Shown: positions 20,291-30,797 of the stretch, in pieces
Layout: the number at the start of each line of letters is the position of its first letter
Position numbering within the stretch: position 1 is the first letter of the stretch
From: Spirochaetia bacterium
GTDB taxonomy: Bacteria; Spirochaetota; Spirochaetia; WTKD01; G963693115
Direction: 5' to 3'
Length of the DNA: 64,000 nucleotides
Assembly (NCBI GenBank): GCA_965218205.1
Contig: OZ244590.1
Coordinates: forward strand, 1,176,178 to 1,240,177
Translations under genes and position numbers: made by a program
Notes under the pieces: generated by a model
Seen by the model: the letters and a program-made list of their open reading frames with translations, nothing else
Told to the model about the DNA's origin: nothing
Databases searched by the model: none

Positions 20291-20314
20291 GCTTTGTAGA
20301 TCTCTATGTATCAT
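20237..20314 (-). other. Signal-peptide leader ORF of lipoprotein paralog 1 (ATG with AAGGAGG SD). It reads through a 15-nt G tract and terminates out of frame in the present sequence
   Basis: SD cctcct is at 20321-20326 (minus AGGAGG). ATG is at 20314..20312. The peptide MIHRDLQSVKKIGGGGG then goes +2 out of frame. With 16 or 13 G it continues VHSRYKQSITLVALFLVLAITTLVLVAC|SEG, a canonical lipoprotein signal peptide. Confidence 0.7.
20264..20278. repeat. Homopolymeric tract, C15 on the + strand (G15 on the coding strand) inside the lipoprotein signal-peptide coding region. Candidate slipped-strand phase-variation switch
   Basis: Counted directly: gta + 15 c + gattttttt. Confidence 0.9.
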
Positions 20315-20351
20315 AAAGGCCTCCTTATGTTATTTAGTATCATATATGAAT

Positions 20352-20361
20352 ATTATAGCAA
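20352..20361 (-). promoter_or_regulatory. Extended -10 promoter element TGcTATAAT for lipoprotein paralog 1
   Basis: The minus strand reads ttgctataat at 20361..20352, ~38 nt upstream of the leader ATG. The same TTGCTATAAT recurs upstream of paralog 3 (~63036-63045). Confidence 0.5.
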
Positions 20362-20412
20362 ATAATAGTATTTTATATATCTATAAAGCAAATAGCATGC
20401 ATCTCTATATTA

Positions 20413-23400
20413 CTATGATTTACATTCTTTACTATTTATGTCTTTTGGGTACTGTGTTGTTTTTCCTGCCATAGCTGAATTTGAGAAATCATAACTGCTA
20501 AGAAATACCTTACACAATCTCCATGATGATAAATCTTGATCAAATGCAGAGGCTTTCTCAAACGCAACAGCAAAACTATTAACATTCCTTACATTCCAAT
20601 TTCCTATGTCTTGATCAAAGATATTTGCTCTATTAAACATTGCAAACATATCCCTTACATTACTCACATTCCAATTTCCTATATCTTGATTAAAGGCACT
20701 TGCTCTCGTAAACATTGAAAACATACTCCTTACATTACTGGTATTCCACTGTGTTATATCTCCATTAAAGGTACTATCGTTATCAAATAAATTACTCATA
20801 TCAGTGATAGCACTGGTATCTATCATGTTGAGATTGGGACTATTGGTGTTTTGCCTCCTTGCTCCTCTTTCTGCACTGATAATAGCTTTAAGCTGCTTCT
20901 TTGTCGTTGGTCTGTAATAAGTAGGTGATGTCTCTCCTGATGGTGCTGCTTTTAGTCCTGTCTTTATGATAATGCTTGCTGGTACTCTTTTATTTGAAGC
21001 GGTAATTGTACACTGTACTACATCATAGCTATAGTTAGTAATAGCAAGATCATGCACATTAGATTTATTTGCTATGCCTGATATAGTAATTGTTTTACTA
21101 CTCTGTTCAAACTGTAGTGCTAAGCCTGTTTCTTCTTTAATTTTCTTGCTATCTCCTTCCCGTATATTAGCATCACAGGTAAATGCAACGCCACTGGGAC
21201 TGCTTACTAATCTTCTTGTACTATGTGCTGATCTTGGGGCTTTACCTACTTCTGCTGAAACCTCCATAGTGTTTCCTATAATCACTGCTGACATTTCAAA
21301 CTCATGTCGTTCTCCTGTTGATGTTTTTGTCGTATCGGTGCTGTTTACTGCTTGTACAACTATTTCGTAGGTTGTTCCGTTTATCAAGCCTGTCAGGGTA
21401 GTGTTGGTTGTTCCTGCTCCTACTGTTGTGGGGCTTGAGTCTGCTTGTTTTATCGCTGTCGCACTTCTTGCACTGCCACTCTTGGCAATACTGTATACCT
21501 TGTACGATACTTGTGCAGTAATTAAGGCATCCCCTGTATCTGCTTTGTGATTTGCACTGAGGCTAGGAGCTGTCCATGATACTCTCATGCCTATTGGGGT
21601 TGTTCTTGTTTGTATGTTTCTTACTTCTGCTGGAGCAGTCGCTAGCGATACGGTTATTATGCTTGCCACTGATGAAGATGCTACTTTCTTGCTAAGATCT
21701 GCTTTTATTGCTACCTCCAATACAAAGTGATACTTTGTCGCTCCTTTTATTGCTATCACTGGTGCAGTGTCTGAAGATAAGCCTAAACTCATCAAGGCTG
21801 GTACTGTGTACACTCCGCTACTTGCACTGCCTATGTTTACTTTTCTTCCTGCAAGCACTTCTGCTACTGTTGGTATTGTGTCTTTCTGTAAGCCGTACAC
21901 GGTGTACACAAGCTGTGCATCTGCTGTTATATCTTTGCCATCGTAGTCTTTTGCTCCCGTAAATGTGCTTAGCTGGGTGAGCCTCAGGTTTATTTTCCCT
22001 GCTGTGCTTGATTGTGACAGTACCAGCTTTCCTGTAAGCAATGATCTATTGGGTGCTACTGCCTTTGAAGTATAGACTTCCTTTATTTCCGTTATATCGG
22101 TGTAAAAGCCTGCAGGAAAGAGCCTGTCGCTATTTGATGCATCGTAATCGGGGGATGTTGTGTTTACTATCCTCACTCCTATATAGTAATCTTTTGCTGT
22201 TTCTATGGGTGTTGCTCCTGCATTGCTTCCACTGGTACTGTCTACTATTGGTATCTGTACAGTCGCTTGATTTGTCATTCCTGTTGCTTTTGTGTATTTT
22301 GCTACTCTCACTGCTACCTTTGAATGGCTTTTTTCTACTGCCCATAGGGCTGATACACTGTCAGGCTTTCCAGTGCTGTCTTCTTTCTTGAGATATAGCA
22401 CATAGTACGCAAGATCAGTTGCTTCAAGAGGAGTACCATCTGCTTTACGCATTCCTGCTATGGCTGAGGCATTTACCTGTACTGTTATGACTTTTTTTCC
22501 TGTATTGCCTCCTGTGCTAGGCACTGAAAATACTACTGCATTATTGCTAGTATATGTTGTTATTTTTGGTGTTGTTGGTGGAGGAGTGAGTGCTTTTGTT
22601 ATTATTGTTCCTGATGCTCCTATGCTATAGGCGGGACTGAGGCTGTTTATAGCTTCCACTCCTACAGTATAGGTTGCATCTCTTTTTCCTATAAATGATA
22701 CGCTGTACCTTGTAGTATTCTTTCCTGCTAGCTCCCGTATTTGTTTCTGTGTTTCTACTCCTGCAAGAGTTTTTATTACATCTATTGTTTTTGTGCTGTG
22801 ATCTCCTTCTGCTATGTACACTTTGTACTGTATCTGTGCCTGTGTAAGTTTGCTTCCATTAGGAGCTTTGTTGTCAGTAGTAATGTCGCCTGCACTAAAC
22901 TCATAGACTGCTGTTGCTGTTGTTTGTGTTGCTGACACTACAGAGAGCTTTGCATCCTTGGGAGCAGGTGGTGCAGTTGAAGTATCATCATATACTGCCA
23001 CTGTATCAGCAAGAGAGGTTATGAATCTTACTATATTATTTTCTATTTGCAGAAAGATAAAGCGATAGTCCTTCTTTGTTGCTTCTGTCTTGGGTACTTC
23101 TAAACCATCTGCTATACCAAAGCTAATGGTGGTATCTGTTCCTGTTATGCTCTTGTCTGCTATTGAGTTTTTGCTATAGCTAACAGTAGTGTCTGTTCCT
23201 GCTATGCTCTTGTCTGCTATTAAGTTTTTGCTATCGTACATAAGCAGGGTATAATATCGTCCTACGCCAGGAGCTGTCTTAAAGGTTGCTTTTATTTGTA
23301 CTGCTCCTGTTTTGTCTAAGCTAGGTTTATTTTGAAATATATCTTCTGATGGGACTGTAGGTTTAGGAGGGGGGTTTAAGGGAGGCTTAGGAGTCTGTAT

Positions 23401-23514
23401 ATCTGTGGTAGTTACTGTTTCTGTACATCCTAGCACAAAAAGCGTAGCCACTACTAGCATCCATGCCAGCGTAACTGTAATTATTCTTTGTAAAATCAAG
23501 GTGCACCTCCTCAA
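20413..23514 (-). CDS. Giant surface lipoprotein, paralog 2. It lacks the first ~570 aa of paralog 1, has no G tract, and carries its own C-terminal DUF285 cassette
   Basis: 1033 aa. Lipobox FVLGC. Colinear with paralog 1 from ...QNKPSLDKTGAVQIKATF onward. The ORF-track start is TTG at 23514. A second TTG at 23499 sits 6 nt after GAGGAGG and is the likelier start (MILQRIITVTLAWMLVVATLFVLGC). An in-frame TGA lies 3 codons upstream. Confidence 0.8.
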   Translation of the reverse strand: MRRCTLILQRIITVTLAWMLVVATLFVLGCTETVTTTDIQTPKPPLNPPPKPTVPSEDIFQNKPSLDKTGAVQIKATFKTAPGVGRYYTLLMYDSKNLIADKSIAGTDTTVSYSKNSIADKSITGTDTTISFGIADGLEVPKTEATKKDYRFIFLQIENNIVRFITSLADTVAVYDDTSTAPPAPKDAKLSVVSATQTTATAVYEFSAGDITTDNKAPNGSKLTQAQIQYKVYIAEGDHSTKTIDVIKTLAGVETQKQIRELAGKNTTRYSVSFIGKRDATYTVGVEAINSLSPAYSIGASGTIITKALTPPPTTPKITTYTSNNAVVFSVPSTGGNTGKKVITVQVNASAIAGMRKADGTPLEATDLAYYVLYLKKEDSTGKPDSVSALWAVEKSHSKVAVRVAKYTKATGMTNQATVQIPIVDSTSGSNAGATPIETAKDYYIGVRIVNTTSPDYDASNSDRLFPAGFYTDITEIKEVYTSKAVAPNRSLLTGKLVLSQSSTAGKINLRLTQLSTFTGAKDYDGKDITADAQLVYTVYGLQKDTIPTVAEVLAGRKVNIGSASSGVYTVPALMSLGLSSDTAPVIAIKGATKYHFVLEVAIKADLSKKVASSSVASIITVSLATAPAEVRNIQTRTTPIGMRVSWTAPSLSANHKADTGDALITAQVSYKVYSIAKSGSARSATAIKQADSSPTTVGAGTTNTTLTGLINGTTYEIVVQAVNSTDTTKTSTGERHEFEMSAVIIGNTMEVSAEVGKAPRSAHSTRRLVSSPSGVAFTCDANIREGDSKKIKEETGLALQFEQSSKTITISGIANKSNVHDLAITNYSYDVVQCTITASNKRVPASIIIKTGLKAAPSGETSPTYYRPTTKKQLKAIISAERGARRQNTNSPNLNMIDTSAITDMSNLFDNDSTFNGDITQWNTSNVRSMFSMFTRASAFNQDIGNWNVSNVRDMFAMFNRANIFDQDIGNWNVRNVNSFAVAFEKASAFDQDLSSWRLCKVFLSSYDFSNSAMAGKTTQYPKDINSKECKS
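23132..23245. repeat. 57-bp x2 tandem duplication inside paralog 2. It encodes a repeated 19-aa unit (…ADKSIAGTDTTVSYSKNS / …ADKSITGTDTTISFGIAD) that is single-copy in paralogs 1 and 3
   Basis: Unit 23132-23188 against 23189-23245, ~90% identical. Confidence 0.7.
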
Positions 23515-23608
23515 TTTTTTTCACGCTTTGTAGCTATTTTGTTTGTAGCTACTATTTGTAAAATATACTCCTCACTCCTTATTACATTATTTATTATAGC
23601 ATAAAAAA

Positions 23609-24586
23609 TTATAATAGAAAAGGCACAAACAAAAAATTTTCAGTCAATAATTCAGCATTTCTATCAAACATTGTAATGAGAGAATATACATACCATTTCT
23701 CATACATTAGATTCTCAGTATTGATATCTTCTATGTACTTATATAACGATAACAACATACGATTAAATTCCATTACATTCAAGTCTAAAAGAGATTCTTG
23801 ATAAGAATACACTAAGTCAATCATACGAGATATATCAGTATACTCATAGGTAGGATACACTGACGCGAGATAATTATTGATATGAGTCATTGCCATAGAC
23901 AAAGCGTATAACAACAGCTCAATACCTTTGTCCTGCTGACCAGCACTGATATAATAAATGCCAAGTTCACGAAACGCATAGAACGATGAATCAAAATCAA
24001 CCTTTACAAATACATGTATATCGTCTAATCCATCTTCTACTAAGATTTTTTTTAATACATCTAAATCATTTGTAAACAATGCTTCTTTTTCTTGAACAAT
24101 CTCTTGTAATATAGCAACAAAGGCCTCTTCATTTTCTTCAAAAAAATAAAGCAGTGCTAAACGATAGCGTACTATATTTCTAGCATCATAGTGCAAGGTA
24201 GGGAGAGTATCATACAAAATAGTATAATAATTCTTTGCATTGATAACATCACCAAGTAAAAAATAAACATTAGCTACTCCCAACAGAGCAGTACTATTTT
24301 CTTTATTTTTTTGGTAAGCTGATACATACAGCTCTAAAGCCTTAAGAAAATTTTTATTTTCAATATAAATATTTGCTTGCTGAAATTGCTTTGCTTGCTG
24401 ATACTCCATTACACTTATTGTGCCATTCTCTTTTTGAAAAAAAAGAAGTGGATCTTCTAGCAACAAATTTTCAACCCAATGCTCCTCTGTCTGACTAAAA
24501 AGAGAATTTTGGGCAGTAAGAGACATCATTGCTATACCAATAAGCAACATATATTTCTTTATCTGCACTAACAGCATACTGCCCAA
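23609..24586 (-). CDS. Secreted TPR-repeat protein (hypothetical)
   Basis: 325 aa. N-terminal signal peptide (LLIGIAMMSLTAQNSLFSQ). TPR-like helical repeats (ALELYVSAYQKN..., GDVINAKNYYTIL...). Directly downstream of the V-ATPase operon. Confidence 0.6.
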   Translation of the reverse strand: MGSMLLVQIKKYMLLIGIAMMSLTAQNSLFSQTEEHWVENLLLEDPLLFFQKENGTISVMEYQQAKQFQQANIYIENKNFLKALELYVSAYQKNKENSTALLGVANVYFLLGDVINAKNYYTILYDTLPTLHYDARNIVRYRLALLYFFEENEEAFVAILQEIVQEKEALFTNDLDVLKKILVEDGLDDIHVFVKVDFDSSFYAFRELGIYYISAGQQDKGIELLLYALSMAMTHINNYLASVYPTYEYTDISRMIDLVYSYQESLLDLNVMEFNRMLLSLYKYIEDINTENLMYEKWYVYSLITMFDRNAELLTENFLFVPFLL

Positions 24587-24651
24587 ACCCTAAATATTGC
24601 AATGTGATAATACATATGGTATATTATCACACAATTAACTAAATGTTGCTG

Positions 24652-25086
24652 CTATGAAATTATTGAAAACAGAAATACCATTACAAATAATGCAACTGAT
24701 TCAATCAATCCAAGCACAATAATATAATTAGTAAATCCTTTCCCTGTTTTTGCAAAAGCATCTGATGCTGCAGCTGCGGCTTTTCCTTGATACCATGCTG
24801 AACATCCCATAGCCAAACCTCCTAAAAGTCCTGCTCCTAATATTTGTCCTGATGCAACAGAACCAACAGCGGCTACTAATGCATTCATTAAAATAAGACC
24901 ATAAAACGTTTGTGTCAATGGTGCACCAATAAAAGCAAAAAGAAGAAACGGTATTTTTTCATTTTGCAAATAACAACGTTTCCAAGCACCTACTGCAGAT
25001 ACACCAGCAGAACCAATTCCTAATGCTGAACCTGCTGCTGCTAAACAAAGAGCTGCTGCAACTCCTACTAAACCAAAATTATCCAT
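24652..25086 (-). CDS. atpK: V-type ATP synthase proteolipid subunit K
   Basis: 144 aa, two Gly/Ala-rich hairpins (GIGSAGVSAVGA...). The carboxylate-bearing helix is present. Confidence 0.85.
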   Translation of the reverse strand: MDNFGLVGVAAALCLAAAGSALGIGSAGVSAVGAWKRCYLQNEKIPFLLFAFIGAPLTQTFYGLILMNALVAAVGSVASGQILGAGLLGGLAMGCSAWYQGKAAAAASDAFAKTGKGFTNYIIVLGLIESVALFVMVFLFSIIS

Positions 25087-25109
25087 TCATATCCTCCAGA
25101 TTAATTTTT

Positions 25110-26963
25110 TTATTTTTTTCTAAACGGTGAATAAACTCTTCCACTCCATTCCATTCCAATGTGCATACCAAATTCAAGTATATTTAAACGTACACCATGA
25201 ATGATAATAGCTAATAACCCCATTGCAAGATTGAAAGTATGAGCAAATATAAGCACTGCTACCCCTCCAACATATCCTATAACAGTACCAGAACTCATAA
25301 TTGATTGTGCCATATCATTGAAAGCACTTGCAATTGAAAGTGATGCTAACCCTACAGCAAACAAACGAATATAAGAAATAATATCCGCAAAATTCCCCAA
25401 ACTATCAAGGGCATGTAATAAAATTTTCGCTATTCCAATACCGATGCCTACAAAAAAATTATGATTAGGACTTTGATCTGCAGATATTACTACTAATACA
25501 AAGCCAATGATAATACAAACAAGGGCATATGAAGGAAAAGGAAAAGCCTCTGCTCCAAGCAATAGAGTAAGCACTAGATGATACAAACCATATATCATAA
25601 CACCAGATCCTAAATGATTTATAACAAAAAATATGTCTTTTAAGCGTATACCACGAATAATGCCCCAAAAATGAGCAATACATAAATGAATAAGTCCAAC
25701 AGTAAAAGCAAAATACCATATATTTTGCGCACTACTTGGATTAGTAATAGCTATAGCAGGTATCACAAGATAAGACAAAACACCAGTTTCTGCAAATGGA
25801 GCATAGCCAAACCAATTTCCTGACATTGCTCCCCATGCTATAGTGGCAAAAGAGTTCCATAAAAGAAACAGTAAGGTGAGATTTGTTATATCATTTCGCT
25901 GTTTTATAAGAAGAAAGCCCATAAGAGAACTTATTAACAGTACTATCCCATATCCAGCATCCCCTATAATCATACCAAAGAAAAGCGTGAGAGCAAGCAG
26001 AAACATACCGCTAATGTCAAACTCTTTGTATCCAGGCACTGTATCCATCAGCTTAAATAAAGGCTTCATAATTCTAATAGGCGGCAAATTTTTCTGTTTC
26101 GTAGGAACATCATCTTCATCTTTTACTTCATCAATGACTACCCCTAATTTATTCTTACGACAAAAAGAATAGAAAGAATCACATTCTGCTTGAGGAATAA
26201 ACCCTTCAATTACCAGAATAGTATCATATTGTTTTGCTTCATTTTGTACTGATAAAATAGAAATTTCATTTTCTAATGCTATTTTCATATCTAACAATGT
26301 TTGCTTATACACAGAATACGCAAAAATCTTCTCTTGCACAATTCTCATTGCATTAGAAATATCAAGTATTTTAGTATGTAATTCATGAGGAGAAAAATCC
26401 GATATTATACATTCTTTCCATTGAGAAGGTGGAGAAAAAGCATCTTTTTCAGTAGATACTACTAAACAATACATGTAATCTTTTTTCTTAAAAAGATCAA
26501 AGCAAGTATAGTGCATAGTGTGTTTTTCTCTCTTCTTATTTTGTTTATCAGTTGCAGAATAACAATACACATTGCAAAAAACATTATTTTCTCTCAGATA
26601 TGCTATATCTTTTGCCGAAACTTCCCCATAGGGCTGCATTTCTCCAATAGTGTTATTATGCTCCTCGTACTGCTCTTTCAGTGTATGTAACTCCTGTGCA
26701 TGCTGTAACACCTGCTCAATAACACCGTCATCTAATGATGGCAACTGTGCTTTTACGCTTGTGCTTTCTTGTACATCGGTAGATTCAAGTATATCAAGTA
26801 CTTGACATACATCATTATATTTTTTTACTACACTGCTATGTGTTGCATCGCTTATTGTATTATATGCAATATCCACTAAGCCGTACTCTTGTAGTTTAGA
26901 TAAGTAGCTATTTGCATCATGAGAAGTGAAGATAATGCTGACTTTTTTCATTTTCTCTATCAT
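25110..26963 (-). CDS. atpI: V-type ATP synthase subunit I (a)
   Basis: 617 aa. Soluble N-terminal half, then a polytopic C-terminal half. Operon position between atpD and atpK. Confidence 0.85.
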   Translation of the reverse strand: MIEKMKKVSIIFTSHDANSYLSKLQEYGLVDIAYNTISDATHSSVVKKYNDVCQVLDILESTDVQESTSVKAQLPSLDDGVIEQVLQHAQELHTLKEQYEEHNNTIGEMQPYGEVSAKDIAYLRENNVFCNVYCYSATDKQNKKREKHTMHYTCFDLFKKKDYMYCLVVSTEKDAFSPPSQWKECIISDFSPHELHTKILDISNAMRIVQEKIFAYSVYKQTLLDMKIALENEISILSVQNEAKQYDTILVIEGFIPQAECDSFYSFCRKNKLGVVIDEVKDEDDVPTKQKNLPPIRIMKPLFKLMDTVPGYKEFDISGMFLLALTLFFGMIIGDAGYGIVLLISSLMGFLLIKQRNDITNLTLLFLLWNSFATIAWGAMSGNWFGYAPFAETGVLSYLVIPAIAITNPSSAQNIWYFAFTVGLIHLCIAHFWGIIRGIRLKDIFFVINHLGSGVMIYGLYHLVLTLLLGAEAFPFPSYALVCIIIGFVLVVISADQSPNHNFFVGIGIGIAKILLHALDSLGNFADIISYIRLFAVGLASLSIASAFNDMAQSIMSSGTVIGYVGGVAVLIFAHTFNLAMGLLAIIIHGVRLNILEFGMHIGMEWSGRVYSPFRKK

Positions 26964-26966
26964 ACG

Positions 26967-27569
26967 TTACGCCTCTACAATTCTTCCTTTCGTTATTTTT
27001 CCTCGCACTACTCCTGCTGTTTGCTGATCACCGAGATAAATTTGAATAACACGAATATTATGCTTTGTTTCTGGAATTTTTATTTTCTCAAATAGATTCA
27101 CTCTCTGTATAGTAATACGAAGTTCTTTTTCAATCTTCTCATACTGTTGCTGATACACTTCAATTTCAGCTGCAATTTTTAATACATCAATAAGAGATGA
27201 GATACCATCATCCAACCAATAGGGAGTAGTATATATATCATAATCTACCAACTGAACCAATAATTCCTTATAAATAGGAACATCCACTCCTGCTATGTTC
27301 TGCATCTCTACTTCAAGTTTAGTATGCTCAATGTACTGTTCAATGAGACTGGCATCACTATCCCCAAATACTGCAACCCACGTATCTATTGCATTTACAT
27401 ACTCACGATATTTTTCTTGCAGCACCTTTATTTGATACAGAATTTTTTGCAATATACTTTGTAATTGCTGTTGTTTTAATTTAAGAGTTGGAAGGTATCT
27501 ATCAAAACGCTTTAAGTCATCCTTCTGCTTTTTGAGTTCATTTTTTGTAAGCTTTACTCTACTTGACAT
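26967..27569 (-). CDS. atpD: V-type ATP synthase subunit D
   Basis: 200 aa. N-terminus MSSRVKLTKNELKKQKDDLKRFDRYLPTLKLKQQQL matches V-ATPase D. Confidence 0.88.
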   Translation of the reverse strand: MSSRVKLTKNELKKQKDDLKRFDRYLPTLKLKQQQLQSILQKILYQIKVLQEKYREYVNAIDTWVAVFGDSDASLIEQYIEHTKLEVEMQNIAGVDVPIYKELLVQLVDYDIYTTPYWLDDGISSLIDVLKIAAEIEVYQQQYEKIEKELRITIQRVNLFEKIKIPETKHNIRVIQIYLGDQQTAGVVRGKITKGRIVEA

Positions 27570-27625
27570 TATTTCTCCACCGTATACTACTGGCTATAAA
27601 CCTATGGCTACATTACTATTCTTAT

Positions 27626-28978
27626 CTACACAGCCTTTTCTATTGTATCAGATACTGTATCAGAAGACTCATCTTTATTGTTAGCAGTAGTCTGCCAAAA
27701 TTTTTGTACTAAATCGCTTTTTAATCCTACTTCGTGCTTTTCAAAACAAGCAGCAAGGATTTTCCATCCAGTATCTAACGCTTTTTCTAAGGGTAAATTT
27801 ACCGAAAGTGTCATGAGTTCTAACTCAAACAGCTCCCCAAACTTAATGAGTTTGCTGTCCCAATCAGACATACGAAATCCCATAGAACGTTTTTCAAGGC
27901 TTGATTTATAACTTGCATATAGCTTAATAAGTCCATCCATAATGGCACGATGATCTTCACGTGTTTTTCCATTTACCATTTGCTTTAAGCGCGATAATGA
28001 TCCAAACGGTTCAATACGTCCTCCTCTTAAATAATATTGACCTTCGGTAATATATCCTGTATTATCAGGAATAGGATGAGTAACATCATCCCCTGGCATT
28101 GTGGTAACACTCAGTATGGTAATAGATCCTGCTCCTTCAAAATCTACAGCTTTCTCATAACGCGACGCAAGCTGACTGTATAAATCTCCTGGATACCCTC
28201 TATTAGAAGGCACTTGTTCTTGAGTAATAGCAATTTCTTTTAAGCTATCTGCAAAGTTAGTAAGATCGCTCAACAGTACCAGCACTTTTTTTCCTGCAAC
28301 TGCAAATCGTTCTGCTACCGCTAAACTCACATCTGGTACCATAAGTGCTTCTACAATAGGATCGGATGCTGTATGCACAAAAAATACAGTACGCGATAAC
28401 ACTCCCCCTTCTTCCAAAGCAGAACGAAAGAAAAGATAATCATCATACTTAAGCCCTATCCCTCCAAGAATAATCATATCAACTTCTGATTGCAATGCAA
28501 TACGTGCTAAAAGCTGATTATATGGCTCTCCCGAAACGGAAAAAATAGGTATTTTTTGTGATTCTACCAAAGTATTAAACACATCAATCATAGGAATACC
28601 CGTTCGTACCATTTTAGTAGGGATAATTCTTTTTGCAGGATTTACTGAGGGACCACCAATTTCAATAAGATTATCACGAAGATGTGGGCCTTTATCGCGT
28701 GGTTCTCCTCTTCCATTAAAAATTCTTCCTAACAAATTATCGGAAAAAGCAACTTTCATAGGCTCTCCCAAAAAGCGAATAGAATCTTGGGTAGATATTC
28801 CTCTGCCTCCCGCAAACACTTGCAAGCTCACCATATCTTTATTAAGACGAATAACCTCTGCTAATGATTCTCCAAAACGAGTTTGTACTACTGCAGTCTC
28901 ACCATAAGAAACTCCTTCTGCTCGCACATTAAGAACATTACCAGTGATTGATTCAATTTTATTGTATACCTTATGCAT
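27626..28978 (-). CDS. atpB: V-type ATP synthase subunit B (regulatory)
   Basis: 450 aa. Non-catalytic A/B-family nucleotide-binding fold, no P-loop lysine context. Confidence 0.9.
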   Translation of the reverse strand: MHKVYNKIESITGNVLNVRAEGVSYGETAVVQTRFGESLAEVIRLNKDMVSLQVFAGGRGISTQDSIRFLGEPMKVAFSDNLLGRIFNGRGEPRDKGPHLRDNLIEIGGPSVNPAKRIIPTKMVRTGIPMIDVFNTLVESQKIPIFSVSGEPYNQLLARIALQSEVDMIILGGIGLKYDDYLFFRSALEEGGVLSRTVFFVHTASDPIVEALMVPDVSLAVAERFAVAGKKVLVLLSDLTNFADSLKEIAITQEQVPSNRGYPGDLYSQLASRYEKAVDFEGAGSITILSVTTMPGDDVTHPIPDNTGYITEGQYYLRGGRIEPFGSLSRLKQMVNGKTREDHRAIMDGLIKLYASYKSSLEKRSMGFRMSDWDSKLIKFGELFELELMTLSVNLPLEKALDTGWKILAACFEKHEVGLKSDLVQKFWQTTANNKDESSDTVSDTIEKAV

Positions 28979-30797
28979 TTGAAACTCCTTCTTTAGATGT
29001 ATTGTTAGCGGTATTGCCAGACATATCCTGCTTTGAAATTATCGATTGTACCTGTTGCTCATATCCTTCAAATCGTTCTTCAATTTTCCTTTTTATTTCA
29101 TTGACAAGATCAGTAAATTGACTACTATTCCATTCAGCCCCATTATAATCAAGAAATTTCTGAGTAAGAACGGCAAACCAACTTCGTGCTTCATCTTTAT
29201 TTTCAAAACGCAAAGTACCAAACAGTACCTTAAATACCATGTCAAAAGAATATTGTTGTCGCTCAAGACTGACTGAACAGTCTACTTTATCAAAAGCATC
29301 CTGTTGTAAGTACACTCTATCTAAAAACTCACCTTTTAGATATATAATAAAATCATCAATGCTTGTTCCTTCTTCACCAACTACCTTCATCATCTGTCCT
29401 ACTTCATTTCCATGACTCAAACGATTATACGCTAAGGATACTATATCAGCAGAAATAGGGCCTGTATATTTACTCCAGCTTTCTAGGGGATGAATGGAGG
29501 GGTATTTTCGTGCATCAGAACGCTCTCGTGATAGTCCATGAAATGCCCCCACTACTTTTAGTGTTGCTTGTGTAACAGGTTCTTCAAAATTACCCCCTGC
29601 AGGACTCACAGCTCCCCCAATAGTTACAGAACCAAACGAATCATCGTTTAAGCGTACTCTTCCTGCTCTTTCATAAAACGCTGCAATAACAGACTCTAAA
29701 TATGCAGGAAACGCTTCTTCTCCCGGTATTTCTTCTAAACGCCCTGACATTTCACGCATTGCCTGTGCCCAACGAGAAGTACTATCAGCCAAGAGCAATG
29801 TGTTTAAGCCCATCTGACGATAGTATTCGGCAAATGTAACGGCTGTATATACTGAGGCTTCCCGTGCAGCTACAGGCATAGAGCTTGTATTACAAATAAT
29901 GATAGTTCGCTCCATGAGTGTTTTTCCTGTTTTAGGATCTATCAGCTCAGGAAACTCACGTAATGTTTCCACCACTTCCCCTGCTCGTTCTCCACAAGCT
30001 GCCACAATAACTATATCGACTTCTGCGTTTCTACTGGTAATTTGCTGTAGCACAGTTTTGCCTGCACCAAAGGGGCCTGGCACACAGTAAGTGCCTCCTA
30101 ATGCAACAGGGAAAAAAGTATCAATAATACGCACTTTCGTTACCATAGGGTCTTTAGGCACTAATCGTTCTTTATATAGTTTGATAGGAACTTTTACAGG
30201 CCAGTGAAAACTCATACCCAGCTTGCGTTGTTTTCCTTCTGAAGAGCTAATGCTTGCTATTGTATCATCTAGGGTGTACAATCCTTTCTGTACCAGCGAA
30301 TTGAGTGTCCATTCTCCTAATACATCAAAGGGAACAAATATTTTGTGAGTAAATACTCCTTCTCCTACTGATCCTAGCTGATCGCCTGCTCTTACTATTT
30401 TCCTTTCTTGCAAAGCAGGGTTAGGAGTGAATTCCCATTTTTTTATTCTACTCAATGGAGACAGATATACTCCTCGTTCAAGAAAAAAGCCACATTGCTC
30501 AGCTAGCTCATTGAGTGGGTTTTGTAATCCATCGTATACTCTCCCTAATAATCCTGGACCAAGTTCTACCGATAAGAGCAGGTCGGTAAATTCCACTGTA
30601 TCATTGACTTGAATGCCCTTTGTAAATTCAAATACCTGTGCTTCAACAGTCGTGCCTTTTACACGGATAACTTCTGCTTTTAACTTCTTTCCTTCAGAAG
30701 TTGAAATATAGGCAACTTCATTCATTGATACTTTCTCTTGTACCTCTATTGTTACAAGGTTACCATTTACACCTATTACACTTCCTTTAGTGTTCAT
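28971..30797 (-). CDS. atpA: V-type ATP synthase catalytic subunit A
   Basis: 608 aa. P-loop GPFGAGKTV. The non-homologous insert region is typical of A subunits. Confidence 0.92.
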   Translation of the reverse strand: MNTKGSVIGVNGNLVTIEVQEKVSMNEVAYISTSEGKKLKAEVIRVKGTTVEAQVFEFTKGIQVNDTVEFTDLLLSVELGPGLLGRVYDGLQNPLNELAEQCGFFLERGVYLSPLSRIKKWEFTPNPALQERKIVRAGDQLGSVGEGVFTHKIFVPFDVLGEWTLNSLVQKGLYTLDDTIASISSSEGKQRKLGMSFHWPVKVPIKLYKERLVPKDPMVTKVRIIDTFFPVALGGTYCVPGPFGAGKTVLQQITSRNAEVDIVIVAACGERAGEVVETLREFPELIDPKTGKTLMERTIIICNTSSMPVAAREASVYTAVTFAEYYRQMGLNTLLLADSTSRWAQAMREMSGRLEEIPGEEAFPAYLESVIAAFYERAGRVRLNDDSFGSVTIGGAVSPAGGNFEEPVTQATLKVVGAFHGLSRERSDARKYPSIHPLESWSKYTGPISADIVSLAYNRLSHGNEVGQMMKVVGEEGTSIDDFIIYLKGEFLDRVYLQQDAFDKVDCSVSLERQQYSFDMVFKVLFGTLRFENKDEARSWFAVLTQKFLDYNGAEWNSSQFTDLVNEIKRKIEERFEGYEQQVQSIISKQDMSGNTANNTSKEGVSNA

